The notes beneath the pieces are model-generated. The model saw only the letters and a list, made by a program, of their open reading frames with translations. It was not told the DNA's origin and did not search any database. From the NCBI RefSeq assembly GCF_000143415.4, contig NW_003314305.1, positions 1,083,974 to 1,147,973 on the forward strand: a stretch of 64,000 nt of DNA, read 5' to 3'. Shown in pieces: positions 48,801 to 60,845 of this stretch; position 1 is the first letter of the stretch, and each line of letters opens with the position of its first letter. This DNA comes from Selaginella moellendorffii. Its lineage: Eukaryota; Plantae; Lycopodiophyta. The translations under genes were made by a program, and so were the position numbers.

Positions 48801-50880
48801 AGGTTCCATCTCTACCTTGGTTCTTTTACACCCTGCCTTTGCCATTTCCTAGCAATCTACCTTTATCCTTCGCTAGAACTAAGGAAAAGGTTCTGATACA
48901 AAATTGTAAGCCACAAATTTTTCTTTTTCAATTTGTTAGCTTACCTTGTCTATTCGACCGACACTATCTTGGCCTTAGCTAAGTTCCCTTACTAAGGTTC
49001 CTACTTATTGTACTAGCTCCTACTTGGTCCTTCTTGGTTTTAGCTACTCACTACATGAGCAATGGAGCATTAGCCATCCATTCATGAATTCCCAAATCTC
49101 TCCCAATCCCCCTCCCCAGATTAGATTGGACTTAAGATTTAGTTACACTCTCCGTAGGCATAAGCAACCAAGCACACAAAGCCTCCAGGTTCTTAACATC
49201 CCTTGATATAACAAGACTTGATCATAGGACCCTCTAAATCTCAAACTTTGGGTGCAACACTTGCTTTGGGGTATCGGGGGGAGACATCGTGGCCTAATAG
49301 CCAGATATGGGTACCTCTGCTCCCCCACTTCCATCTCGAATAGAAGGCCCAAGCCCCTAGGAAGGGGCGAGGACCAATGAGTCACAAGGTACTCAAGTGG
49401 GGCACCATTCCACATGAGCCTAGAGCACCGTAGTCAGTTTCCCTTTTGGGAATGGGAGCTGTTGTTGAGCATTTCTTTGGGTGGCCCCTCTGGCACCACC
49501 TGAGTCCATGCTCACTCCCACGTAAGGCCTCTAAGTCCTAGTCTCAACTGTCGCAAATGTAACTTCAGGTATTGAAAGATACTTGTCGGCTAGTCCTTAC
49601 GGGCACTCTTTCCTTATTGCCATGATGGCAGGAGGTCGGTATTGCTAGTTTTCTTCAATAGCCCCTTTTGTCCAAGTGTTAGTTTATTGGGCTTAGTCAG
49701 ATGAACATAAGGTAGGAACTTCTATGTGTTTTTAGTTGAACATTCTCAGCCTTGCTCTTAGTTCTCTTTTGTTCTGTTTTGCACTAGTTTGGCAAGAACT
49801 CTCGCGTATTGAGACTAGTCCCTCAATATTGCTAGATGATAGCTTATTGTGTTTGCCAAACACCCTTGCTATCATTCCCTTTGTGTTAGTCTCATTTCAG
49901 TCCCAAATGCTATTTATGGAAAGTGTCTAAATTTGCTCATTTGGCATATCTACGGAATGTAGAGATCGGTCTGAATACAATAGTGTTCGTCCCATGTCCA
50001 AATTTGCAATCTAAGGATATTCCATATTTAGTAAGTTTCAAGCTTGTCCCAGAGACTAACTCCTAGTACTAAGGGAAGCTTGGGGCAGATCCGCAGGTCT
50101 GTGNNNNNNNNNNNNNNNNNNNNNNNNNNNNNNNNNNNNNNNNNNNNNNNNNNNNNNNNNNNNNNNNNNNNNNNNNNNNNNNNNNNNNNNNNNNNNNNNN
50201 NNNTCTGTCCCGAATACGTTCAGCATTTTCACCATCTGAGACATTAGTTTGGCTTTTGTTGGGTTTTGTCGCTCCTTGTTTTGCGTCTGGCTTGGGTCTG
50301 CGCAACAGGCTTGGAGTTTGGCTCCAAATTCAAGTGCGCTACATCAACCTGAAGTCAATTTGGAAGCACTATTAGAGAGTTCCTTCAAGATTTCAAGATT
50401 GGTTCCTGGACCTCACTATCTCTACTATACTTTTGGAACCTCTTGCAGCCCCCCCCGGGAGACACATGCTTTGGGCTTTCACCTCACGACTTATATTAGT
50501 ATTCGGACTCGGTCTCGAACTTAATCTCGAACTTGACCTCAGATTGGACCTCAAACTCGGTCTCAAACTCGATCTTGGACCTGACCTCAAACTTGATCTC
50601 AGACCTAACCTCAAACTCTATCTCATACTCGATCTCAGACTCAGCCTCAGACCAGATCTCAGATCTCGGACTTGGTCTCGAACTCGGTTTCAGACTCGGT
50701 CTCAAACTCAAACTCAGAATTGGTCTCAGACTCAATCTCGAACTTGGTCTTGAACTCGGTCTCAGAGTCGGTCTTGGACTTGATCTCAGACTCGGTCTCA
50801 TTCGATGAACTTTTTATCATTTTAGTTATGTTTTCAGGGATCCTTTAGCCTACAATACTTTGGGGAGTTGGTTCTTTACA
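42886..50880 (-). mobile_element. Degenerate full-length Ty3/gypsy chromovirus; LTRs 42886-44112 and 48905-50880; TSD ACTAA
   Basis: TG...CA ends with ACTAA on both flanks; Met-type PBS next to 48905; gag with a decayed zinc knuckle; RT (RIDLRSGYYQI, VVYIDDILIY); RNase H; partial integrase; chromodomain (YEIEPIL...FYVKWKGF...TTWEPKENL). Many stops. Confidence 0.93.
49549..50343 (+). mobile_element. Solo LTR (contains an N gap) inserted in the chromovirus 5' LTR; TSD TCAAC
   Basis: TGTCGC...GCTACA ends, TCAAC at 49544-49548 and 50344-50348, and similarity to the LTRs at 26965 and 33309. Confidence 0.85.
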
Positions 50881-51558
50881 ACTAAGTTTTATACTATTTT
50901 GATATACCAGTGGCCTAATACAAAGATATAGATATGCTAATTAGTATATGGTATCATAAATCTCACAAAGTGTAAATTAATATTTATCACTATTTAATTT
51001 TAAATATTTATATTTTATTAACTTTATAGAACTAGTGTATTATTTTTGGTAACTTGATTTGTTGTTTGCATAATTTGTGCATTGGATCCACATACACTAG
51101 TTTAGCTCTTGTAGATCAATGTTGTATCTTCCATTGGGAATAATAGTCCCATGTTCATTTATAAGTTAATGTTAATATATAAATAACGTATCTCAAAGAA
51201 ATAACCATTTTACCATTTAAAGAGAATTATTTTAACTCCCCTTTTATCTAAACCATTAGATTTGAACGGTTTAGATTATCTCTGCGAATTTAGGGCTTTA
51301 CAAGTGGCTATGGATCCGACACAACGGATGTTCGTCTTCCTCTTTGCAATGATAAGATGGATCTGCTCGCCATCGCCAATGTTTAGGCAGCTTGGATCCC
51401 GCAGAGCTCTCCCTCCAGCTCTCGCCTTCGTCTCGACGTGAAGAGGTTTTCCATCCCCTCCCTCTCAACTACAGGACGGCCTGCACTTGGGACGAGCTGA
51501 TTGAGGAGCTCGGCTGCATCCATTTCGACGCCATTGCCTTGCTCCCCAATGCCAAGAT

Positions 51559-54442
51559 CATGGTTGGTCCCGACCATTCTGAACGCAAACCGGCTGATCG
51601 GCTGACCGTGGTTATCGACCGGCTGTGAAAATGTCGAACGGCTGAACAGTTCACAAAAATTTTTTGATAAATAAAAACATTTTTAATAAAACTATATTAA
51701 TAAAAGTAGAAAAACCAAAGCAGATGATCCCTCATAGCCTATAGAAGCACTCATAGGCTGAGATTGATTAACACTTTGTGTACCAGCTCCAGACATGGTT
51801 GGTCCTGACCGTTTCAACCGCTGACTGGCCGACCGGCTGACCGTAGTTATTGACCGGCTGTGAAAATGCTGAATGGCCGAACGGTTCACAAAAATTTTTT
51901 GATAAAAAAATACATTTCTAATAAAATTACATTAATAAAAGTAGAAAAACCAAAGCAAATGATCCCTCATGGCCTATAGAAACACTTATAGGCTGAGATT
52001 GATTAACACTTTGTGTACCAGTTCCAGAAACAGATACCCCATCAAAATGCCTACTCTATAGATTTGCTATAGAAGGTAAAGACAAAAGGGCATTTGTGAT
52101 TTGCTCCACAAACATTCGGTAAACTTAGTTCTGAACATGAAGAGGAACATTTAAAACATTACATGCTTCAATATCATACCTAGAAATTTTAGTGAAATGC
52201 ACCTTGATTCATTTCGGCAGACTACCATACATTTTTCCACAATAATTACATTTCCAACGCCCAACTCTTTTGCCGGAAGCATAAGGAGTGAGCTGTGAGA
52301 CACAAAATCCCTAGGCCCCAAAGTGGAGCTGGATGTAAGACACAAAATCCCTAGGCCCCAAAGTGGAGCTGGAGGGGCGCCACATGGTAGTGGCCAAAGC
52401 GAAAGCCAAACGAGCGTAACACGTTTGGACTAAAAGCTCCGCCTTGAAAGGTCAAGGGCGGGAGTAGAACTCCCAACGAAGTGCTTGAGGAACAAGCACA
52501 AAGAGAGCAATAAGTGAGGCTCCAAAAAGGGACCCAAAAGGACCAACACATGACACGTGGAAGTGTCCGAAATGGACCCAAGATGGAGTCCAAGATGGAC
52601 CCGAGATGGAGTCCGAGATGGAGTCCGAGATGGAGTTCGAGATGGACCCGAGATGGAGTCTGAGATGGACCCGAGATGGACCCGAGATGGACCCGAGATG
52701 GAGTTCGAGATGGAGTCCGAGATGGACCTGAGGTGGAGTCCGAGGTGGAGTCCGAGATGGAGTCCGAGATGGACCCGAGATGGAGTCCGAAGTCGAGACC
52801 AGGACCAAGACCGAGACTAGGACCGAGACCGAGACCGAGATCGGGACCGAGACCGAGACCGAGACCGAGGCCGAGTCCGAGTCCGAGTCCGAGTCCGAGT
52901 CCGAGTCCGAGTCCGAGTCCGAGCCCGGAGCCTGAGAGGGTGAAAGCCCAAAGCGTTCGTCTCCCAAACCCTGGGGGGTTTGATGAGCTCCAAAAGTATA
53001 GTAGGGGGAGGACTGCAGTGGAGCCAGTTTGGCCAGGAAAGGCCAGTTTGGCCCAGGAAGGCCGGACCCAGTGTTGGGTGATGAGCTGCCCATTGTGAAG
53101 TCCAAGACTAGAGTGAACACGGACCGACAAGCGGGGTAGCTTGGTGAAGTGTTCAAGAGCTGGCTCTAGTTCCCCCGGGAGATCGACTGGCCGATGCTCC
53201 CAGTCCAAGTGTGGGTGGCACTACCTACTTGGATACCTGTCGTGGCTCTACAGAACCTCGCTCTAAGCCCATGGCTAGAGCACCTAAAGGCGAAAGGCGG
53301 GGAGAGTACCCATGAGGCTTGCGTAAGGCCACGGTGTTCCGAAATGGTGTCCCAAAGTCCCAGACTGTGGAAAGGAAAAGGAGTAGCCTCTGGTGTGGTG
53401 ACAAAGGACACGGTCACCCAATGAGGAAGTCCCAAAGGACAGTTGGACTTAGAGGTCAGGCCTGCAGGCCTTGATCCAGTGGCAGTGTTGGTGAACACGG
53501 CCATCGACAGAGAGGGACTTGGTGGGGACCGGAAAAGAGATATTGGGGAAAGTTATTCCCTAAGTCTGCAAGCATCCTAAGGATGCTAAGGAGTGGATCT
53601 GGGATGATCACTCATCGATGGATGGCCTAGTCTATGAGAGACGGGATTGCAATGTAGGTGGTGTTGAACCACCGGTGTGACTAAGGTGAATAGGTATGGC
53701 CTCAGCGTAACGGGCCGATATGTCGGTGGTACCTTGGGGTGTCGATCATGGGATCGGACATGTGAAGCACTTAGACCAAGTGCAAAGGTTGAGTGGCATG
53801 GATGCCATTCTCGGGGCTAGCAAGCCCCAAGTCCTAACTGGGACTTGTGGAGGTTGTGAATGAGACTCCTTCAAGTGGTCGGAGGTGTGGTTAAGTGACT
53901 AAAGTAAAATGGAAAAATTAATCACTTACATGAGCTTGGTAACATGGGACCATGCCCAATTAGGCACCATTGCTCAATTGTGCCAGAATTGCTAGAATTG
54001 CTAGAATCAAATCTTTGAAATCACTGGAATCGTAATTTCCATTTTATGGCAAAAATTTCAAGCGTCGCGGACTGGGCGATTTGTGAGGCCCCAATGAGCT
54101 GCTCCACACTCAATCGAAAGCAGAGGCCGACCGACTGGAGAGTGTCGCCCTGTAGAGCTCAGTACGCACGCAGCTCCTATAGGCTATAGCCCTCTTCGTC
54201 GGATTCTATGTAGGCTTGCTAGGCTGGGCATTTGTGGATGGATGGATCGCTCCATAGTAGCAGGAGAACAGCAAAGCAGTGAAGATGTAGTGGTGATGGC
54301 AATAGCTGCAGCAGCATCAGAAATCTAGCCCCTGCGAGCGCGATCACCATTTTTTTCGCTGAACGGAATTACCGAAAGGAGCTGTCCGACTGCATTTGGC
54401 GGCGGTCGGGATTTCGGCCGAACGCGGTCGGGACCAATCATG
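51559..54442. mobile_element. Non-autonomous hAT-type DNA transposon with a 17-bp TIR and 8-bp TSD
   Basis: CATGGTTGGTCCCGACC at the left end and GGTCGGGACCAATCATG at the right end; flanks GCCAAGAT and GCCAAGAC. The left 235 bp are tandemly duplicated (51559-51793, 51794-52028). Confidence 0.85.
52294..53930 (+). mobile_element. Solo LTR of 1.64 kb nested in the hAT element; TSD TGAGC; carries a hexamer-based satellite
   Basis: TG...CA ends, TGAGC at 52289-52293 and 53931-53935, CCGAGA/CCGAGT/TGGAGT arrays at 52575-52925, and a 39-bp terminal duplication. Confidence 0.88.
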
Positions 54443-55460
54443 GCCAAGACGCGGCAAAATGCGGCCATCATCCAAGGCATCAAGCTGCCCAAGGAGCTGG
54501 CTTGGATGGCGAAGCTGTCCAGAGGTAGGATCGACGCGGACTCGCTGCTGTGCCACAAATTCATGCTCACCTTTCGCTACCATTTGGATGTGAACGATCC
54601 AAACGTCGTCGCCATCGACAAGGAGCACGATCACCAGGGCTTGATCACGCAAGAAGAAGAAGAGCTCTACATCAATCATCACCTCCCTCGAGCTCAGGCC
54701 CACGAGATCGTGTGCCACAGTCTTCATACCGGTGGCTGGATCCGGAGGAGATCGACAGCAAAGTGGAGGTTCTCCGTGCTATCAACTTGGACGTCGAGGT
54801 GAGGAGCAAGAGCTCGGCCGTTCTTGCGCATGGAAGCGACACTGTTCTTGGGATCGAGGTCGTCAGTGAGCTGAGCAGCCGGCAGGGATTGAACAGATGC
54901 GAGCTGGAATTCTACCTGCTGGCGAGGTCGTCCAAGCTTCCGTTTTTGCAGCTGGTGACTGATTTCAAGGGCGCCGTCGTGTTCTACCATCGATTTCCAC
55001 GCACAGGATCTATGAGCTGCGACACAATGTCGTACGCCACCTTGAAGAAGCTCGTGAAGGTGATCGCGCCGAGCTTACCCCGCAATAGTTCGGAGTTTGA
55101 GATGGCTTGGTCCATTCTGGGCTGGAAACGCTTCGAAGACTCAGAGGATGAGTGGAAACGTTAGAAGAAAGCATAGAAGCTTTAAAGGTGTCTGAGACTT
55201 TCCTGTTCGAAACAAACCTCAGCCGAGAGAGAAAGTAAATGTGCTAGAAATGCGACAATCACACCACTGGAGCTGGAGAAAGATCTTCAAACGGGAAACA
55301 GGGAAGTGATGATGCTATGGAAGGCTGAGATGGAGAAGATAAGATGTGGTGGTCTTTCGAATTTCACCTCAATTGTTGATGGAATATAAACTAAATGAAT
55401 GCTCTTGGATGTATACAAACAAAGCAACAAATTCAGAAAAGAAAAACTGCCAGATCTTTG

Positions 55461-56460
55461 CTAGAGGTTTTTCCATAGGAAGCTCATGTCTTTAACATCA
55501 ACTCCCATGGAATCGAAACATTTCCAGACTCCGAGGAGCAACAGCCTGCCGTCTTTGTTGGACAAGTTCGCCTGGCGAGTTTCTGCTTCGTTGTATACAG
55601 AGCGAATAGGAGTGGCAAGTCGGGCATTGTGGACTTCGAGCAAGAAGAATAATTTCCTCGATGCAATCGTCCGTGCTCCACTTATGGATGATAGGCAAGA
55701 ACTTTTCTCATGTCTGCGACGATGAGCTGAAACGACGGCTACGTGTTTAGAGACAGATAATCAATTCACGTTATCTTACGTTGATCTTGCTCGCATCCAA
55801 ATAATTGTGCGAGTTTTCTAAATTGCGGACAACGCTTGTCTTGAACTTGTGGTTGGGTATATGGACAGCTTCCCAGTCTTCGCATCTATAACTGTAGGAG
55901 ACCACGTCGAAAGAAACTAGATTACGATTTGCTATGACACACAAGTTACGCATAGACAAACCTGGAAAGTTCGCAGGAATTTCAGGAAATCGTAGGAATT
56001 GACACAACTTGGCTTGTTTAGGACGCCCTGTGAGATATCAAGTGAAGACCAAGATATCTACCTGCATATTTCGATGCTAATCGTTCGACACTAGTCCCAT
56101 TCACGTCGCTGATTGAAACAGTCCAATGTCAGCTAGAAAGAAATGAAATTCACGAACTTTATACTCTATATTCCCACCTGGAAGAATATTAGTTGGATAG
56201 ACCCCAGCGAGCAAATGCTATGACCCCGGACACATTTTCGTTGAGAAATTCCAGCGGAAATCGTTGCTCTTAAGCAGCACCATTTCGACCAAAGAATCCT
56301 GCCAAGCACCGTGCTCTCGATGGAAATCGCCTGGCGCTGTAGCGGCGGCAGTCCCTAGTCCAATCTGAGATAAGAGAGGAGTAGAGGAGATTGCGGCATA
56401 CCTTCAGCGAACTGGGCGCCACTGCTCAGCCTCGCCATGGCCTGGAACCCTAAATTTCCA
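55461..56460 (-). pseudogene. Deleted, inverted genomic copy of the MSL gene
   Basis: Collinear patches of MSL exons and introns ([25 protein letters not shown]) and the upstream AATTTAGGGTTCCA. Confidence 0.85.
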
Positions 56461-56799
56461 TTCCCGCCTAATGCAAGCATATTCTTTGTTCAAGATTAGA
56501 TAAAGCTTAAAATTGTTACGCTTTAGTACAAAAAGTGGATGATGGGGAATATTCTTCTTTCTTCTACTCGTAACTCTGCGAGAAAGAGGCAAAAAGAAAA
56601 ACAGTGAGAGCTAGCCGATGAAAACGATCAAACGAATAAACGAGAGAGTACTTACATTGCGCTACCTCTTCCCTCTGCCAAAAGATCGAAGCTTTGAACA
56701 TCGCCACTCCAAAATCCCAGGAGATCGAAGAGAGCGCAGCTCCCAGCGACTCCAAATCCCCTCCCTCTGGCTGGGAATTCGCTCCAAGTCGCTCCCTTT

Positions 56800-57276
56800 C
56801 TAGCCTAGAATTCCTGTCGCAATGAGAAGAAACCAGAGGAGGAGCGCGCTGATGAACAACAAGCACGGGTAGCAATCCGCATCGTTCTCGTCCTCCACAA
56901 CAGCGGATCGTCGTCGGGATCGTCGTAATCGTCGTCGGGTTCGTCGGCGGTCGCGGTCGCGCTTACGCTCGGATATTTCCTGCTGGTAGTCGCGTAATCG
57001 CTGCCGGAGCTCCTCGCGATCGGTGCCATCGCTCCATCGCTCGTCGAAATCGAATGCCTCGAGCGCGTGGCGGCACAGCGGGCAAGTCCATTCGGTACTG
57101 GCCGTGGAGCATGACCTGATCGATGGCGCGCTCTCCACCCATTCCACCAAGCACTCGAGACAAAACCAGTGGCCGCAGTCCGTGTGGACGTCCGAGATGG
57201 CGCTGGAACAGATTGGACAGGCCTCTCCTTCACCTTCGCCGCGATCGCCATCGCCATCGCCATCCCTAACATCCAT
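56800..57276 (-). CDS. Intronless C3HC4 RING protein with a C-terminal TM (RNF170-like layout)
   Basis: CPIC...CGHWFCLEC...CPLCR, then a basic stretch and a hydrophobic tail LLFISALLLWFLLIA. ATG at 57276. Confidence 0.8.
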   Translation of the reverse strand: MDVRDGDGDGDRGEGEGEACPICSSAISDVHTDCGHWFCLECLVEWVESAPSIRSCSTASTEWTCPLCRHALEAFDFDERWSDGTDREELRQRLRDYQQEISERKRDRDRRRTRRRLRRSRRRSAVVEDENDADCYPCLLFISALLLWFLLIATGILG

Positions 57277-57420
57277 AGCTGCCCGGCAAAGAAGCACAAA
57301 TGCCCCGCTCGCAAGCTTATATGTTGGGATCGGACGGTCACGATGCGCTTGATCTGACGGCTGGCGAAACCCCAACGGTAAAGCAGTGGAGGGCGCGGAT
57401 GAAAATGATCTGACGGCTGT

Positions 57421-58168
57421 TAATTTAGGGTTCCATTCTTCCATGGCGCGATGAAGGTATGGCGCGAGAGTTTTCAATGCCGCTACTCCTCTCTCAGCTC
57501 GAATTCTCATGGATTAGGAGCTGCCGCCGGTGTAAGCGTACAAATTCCATCGAGAGCGGGGGCTGGGCTCTTCCTTCTGTCCACGAGTAGGCTGAAGCCT
57601 GAAGCTAGGTTTCTCGGGCTTGTTTTGTGGTAATTGGTGCTTGGCAGGATTCTTTGTCGCTGCAACCAGCTCGTGAGATTGTCGAAATGCCGCGGCCTTC
57701 GCAAGGAATTTCCCAAGGAAATTTCTGTGTCGCAATATCTTCTAGGTGGAGACATATAGTTCATGAATTTCTTTTCTTTGTAGCTCTGACAGTGGTGTGT
57801 TTCAATCAGCGACGTGAACGGGACAAGAGTCGAACGAAGTACATTCTTCGGTAGCCTGTGTTGCGATCATCGGAATATGCCGGTAGATATCTTGATATTT
57901 CTTCTTATGATTCCTAGAACTTTAGATTTTGCAGGGCTCTAGACGATTGCATCGGAGACTGTTCTTTGACAACATTGACCCGTGAAACCAGTCTCTTATG
58001 GTAGAAACCATCTTCTTGTTCTACTAATTCTTCTTTTTCTCTTTTAATGCAGATCATGGTTTCATGCTTCGTGAACACCTCCCACTACGAAGAATATCTC
58101 TGTGTGAAGGTTAGTGTTTACTCTGCCACTGCTTACTTTTTTATGATTATGATTCTTCATGGCAGGAG
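57421..58168 (+). pseudogene. 5' part of a second deleted MSL copy
   Basis: Matches 16031-18022 with large deletions ([30 protein letters not shown]); introns are retained. Confidence 0.85.
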
Positions 58169-58199
58169 TCTGCACCTGCGCAGCATGTATTTGCAGGTC

Positions 58200-60180
58200 C
58201 CGGCTGGTAAGCCATCTTTCAAGTCAGTCCTGCTCTCAAGTCAAGTGTTTTAAACTGAATCACAAAAGGAAAGTCTGCCTTAACCAGCTTCGATTTACCT
58301 CCTGCTTGGATCTCTCGCAGCTCTGATGAGGCAACTCCTTTTCAACCTTGATCCAGCTAAGTTCCTCGTACAGCTGTTGATACATATTTCTGACAGTTTG
58401 CAACATGAAAAAGAAGAAAATCTAGGTGAGAAGAATTAAGTACCTTGAAGAAAGCTTCCTTCTGGGGCACGATTTCAGGACCAGTGGAAAATTCTTGTTG
58501 TGAATCAATTTAATACTATTAATAAATTTTATACCAAACATGGAAGTTTTTTTCTCTCTCTATAGATTGTGTTGATTTGATTGTTGATTCAATTAACAAA
58601 GAATACTACCTTGTTAATTTGTTTTGAAATTGAAAATACCACTCCATTTAACTTTCTCCAATTCAATCTTCCAGAGCATCATGGATTCCTCCTTTCGCTT
58701 ATCTTTTTTGGCCTGGAGATCCTATTCAAGCTCGAGAGCAAAATAAATGTCCCCCTCCATTGCCTCTACCTGCTCCTCCTGAGAATCCCCCTCAAGCACA
58801 AGATCCTCATTGTCCACATTCTTTTGGAGGATTTGGCTCGTTTCCCCATTGCCAATCTGAATTTCTGCCAAGCCCTCCTTGTGTTCTGGCTGCTCCAAAA
58901 CCTCCTCAAGCATGAGATCTAGCATCTCCTCATCATCCACATCCTTGAGCTTTGACAACAGAATTTCAATCATCTCTTTGTCACTCACTACAATTTTTAC
59001 CACCTCAGGGAACACAAGAGGGATGTGCTCCTCCTCATTTGGGACTTCATTCTCCTCGGCCAGTGCCATGATTCTAGCCACCTCCAGGTCATCCATGTCA
59101 AAATCTTCCACGTCCGCCACCCGGATCACCGCCCCAGCTTTATTGCCCTATTGACCACTCTACTTTGCTTGACTTTCGTGGATCAGCAAACCCTTGCTCG
59201 TCTTGTCTTCAACTGGAGCATGCTTGAGCTTTATGTTTTCATGTGCCATGCCAACTTCCTCAGTGCTGCTTGATCTTGGCCACTTCATGTAGGTAGGTAA
59301 ATTTTTTCTTGCATAAACTACAGTGATACCTTGGTTGGCCGATGTTGTCATTGTAAGTAGTCAAAGTTGCCACACTCACCTTGATTGCACTTCATACAAG
59401 TTGGGTGCTGCTGTTTCAGGTACATTTTCAACTCATCCACACTTCCAAACTGAAGGCCACTCTACTGGGAGGATAAGGACCGAAAGGACAAATGAAAATC
59501 TAAAATACTTCCTTTTTTAACAAGCTTAAGGGATGAAATGTGTGTTTAAAGTTTTGTTTAAAGGGAGTTTTATTAAACCTCTTTTAATTTCCACCCTTAT
59601 ATCTAGATGCCTCCATTTCTTGTGGACGCTGAGACCTGCAAAAGAAGAGCATGTATCAAACAAAGAACTGATCTATAATGTAAAATCTTGTTGGAAAACT
59701 CACTATCAGGATTCTTCAATAACTCGGAGACGTTGCTAACATTCGCAAAAGCATCATTGATGAGGCTCTTGAGTCTGCTCGTGTCCGAGTAAAAGATGTA
59801 TCTGGGAACTCCTCTGCAGTAGGGATATTGATCTTGCATATCCATGATGTTCAAGCCAACTGCCTTGGCACATCCTGCAGCGTCCAGGGCTCCATATACA
59901 CGTAGATTCCCTGTTTTGCAAACTCATGGTGATTGGATTTCACATCAGAAACGCACTGGAGAATTGGTCCCGGACTCTCAATGTAAATGGAGGCACCATC
60001 GACGATAGTCCAGGTATCCAGCTGCTCCAACTGCAACACCATAGTTCCTGTGTCAGAAAATGTTGACCTGAAGGCGGATGAGCTATTCAAACTTGACACT
60101 GAAGATGTTCCTGGGGCTGCAAGGCTGCGAGGCTCAAGGTTTGAGAATCAGATGAGCTTAAAATTTTGTAAAAGGTTTTT
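58200..60180 (-). pseudogene. Disrupted gene relic(s): a Crinkler/RHS-like NTPase segment (59600-60100) followed by acidic low-complexity exons
   Basis: WTIVDG (Walker B-like), YMEPWTLQD, GVPRYIF and SNKILH over a frameshift; acidic ORF at 58722-59129. Confidence 0.4.
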
Positions 60181-60845
60181 CATTTAAGCTTATTATATTT
60201 CCGTATTTCTCTTGAGATAATCAATGAGAACTAGTCTCCATTTCTTCTTTTCCCGATGATTTGTACAAGAAAATTCGTCTTTCTGGCCAGCTTCTCTTGA
60301 AATAGGCAAAAAAGAAGAAGAACAGTGAGAGCTAGCCGAATAAAATGATCAAATGAGTACGTATATTGCGCTATCCGTCAAACATTTTTAGAGCGCACAT
60401 GGATTCAGTGACGTCGTCCATCTCGCTACATGCTTTGGTTTGCGGGATTGGATTCCTTTGCCGGCTCCATGTCGCTGGCCATGACAATTCGACCGCTCTA
60501 CAATCTCGTGAAGGAACATCCTCACCAATCATCCAGCATTGCATGCGAGTGAGCATCAACGTGCCATGCAGTTCATGCAACCGTTCCCATATTTCTGTGG
60601 ATCTGATAAAGTATGTGGCATTGTTCCACGATGAAGAATTTTCGCCCGAAGAAATTTAAGAGCCTTTTTTCATGGTTGGCTCTGCCACTAAGTCTTCCAT
60701 TTTTTCTTTTCCGCAGTTTGCTGCCCAAGAAAAAATTGGTTCTTGCAAGAGAAAACTTGTAGGATTCTCAGGTAGCTCGTTTGGAGATTTTGAGAGAGTG
60801 TTGTCTTACTTTTCTTGTTTGAAAGCTTGTCCATGAACACAGGCG

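Larger units (their letters stand above)
51307..55164 (+). pseudogene. Crinkler-like (restriction-endonuclease-fold) gene disrupted by a hAT insertion and a frameshift
   Basis: The frame ...IALLPNAK / TRQNAAIIQG... rejoins across 51559-54442, and there is a frameshift near 54720. The C-terminus VLGIEVV...ELEFYLL...PFLQLVTDF resembles Crinkler REase motifs. Confidence 0.5.

Noticed and set aside
50393-53208. Long GL, SD, RPS and LDL repeat ORFs
   Set aside because: They are translations of the hexamer satellites inside LTRs.
57277-57510. N-terminal extension of the RING ORF to 236 aa
   Set aside because: It runs through the antisense strand of the MSL pseudogene 5' end. ATG 57276 is the more plausible start.
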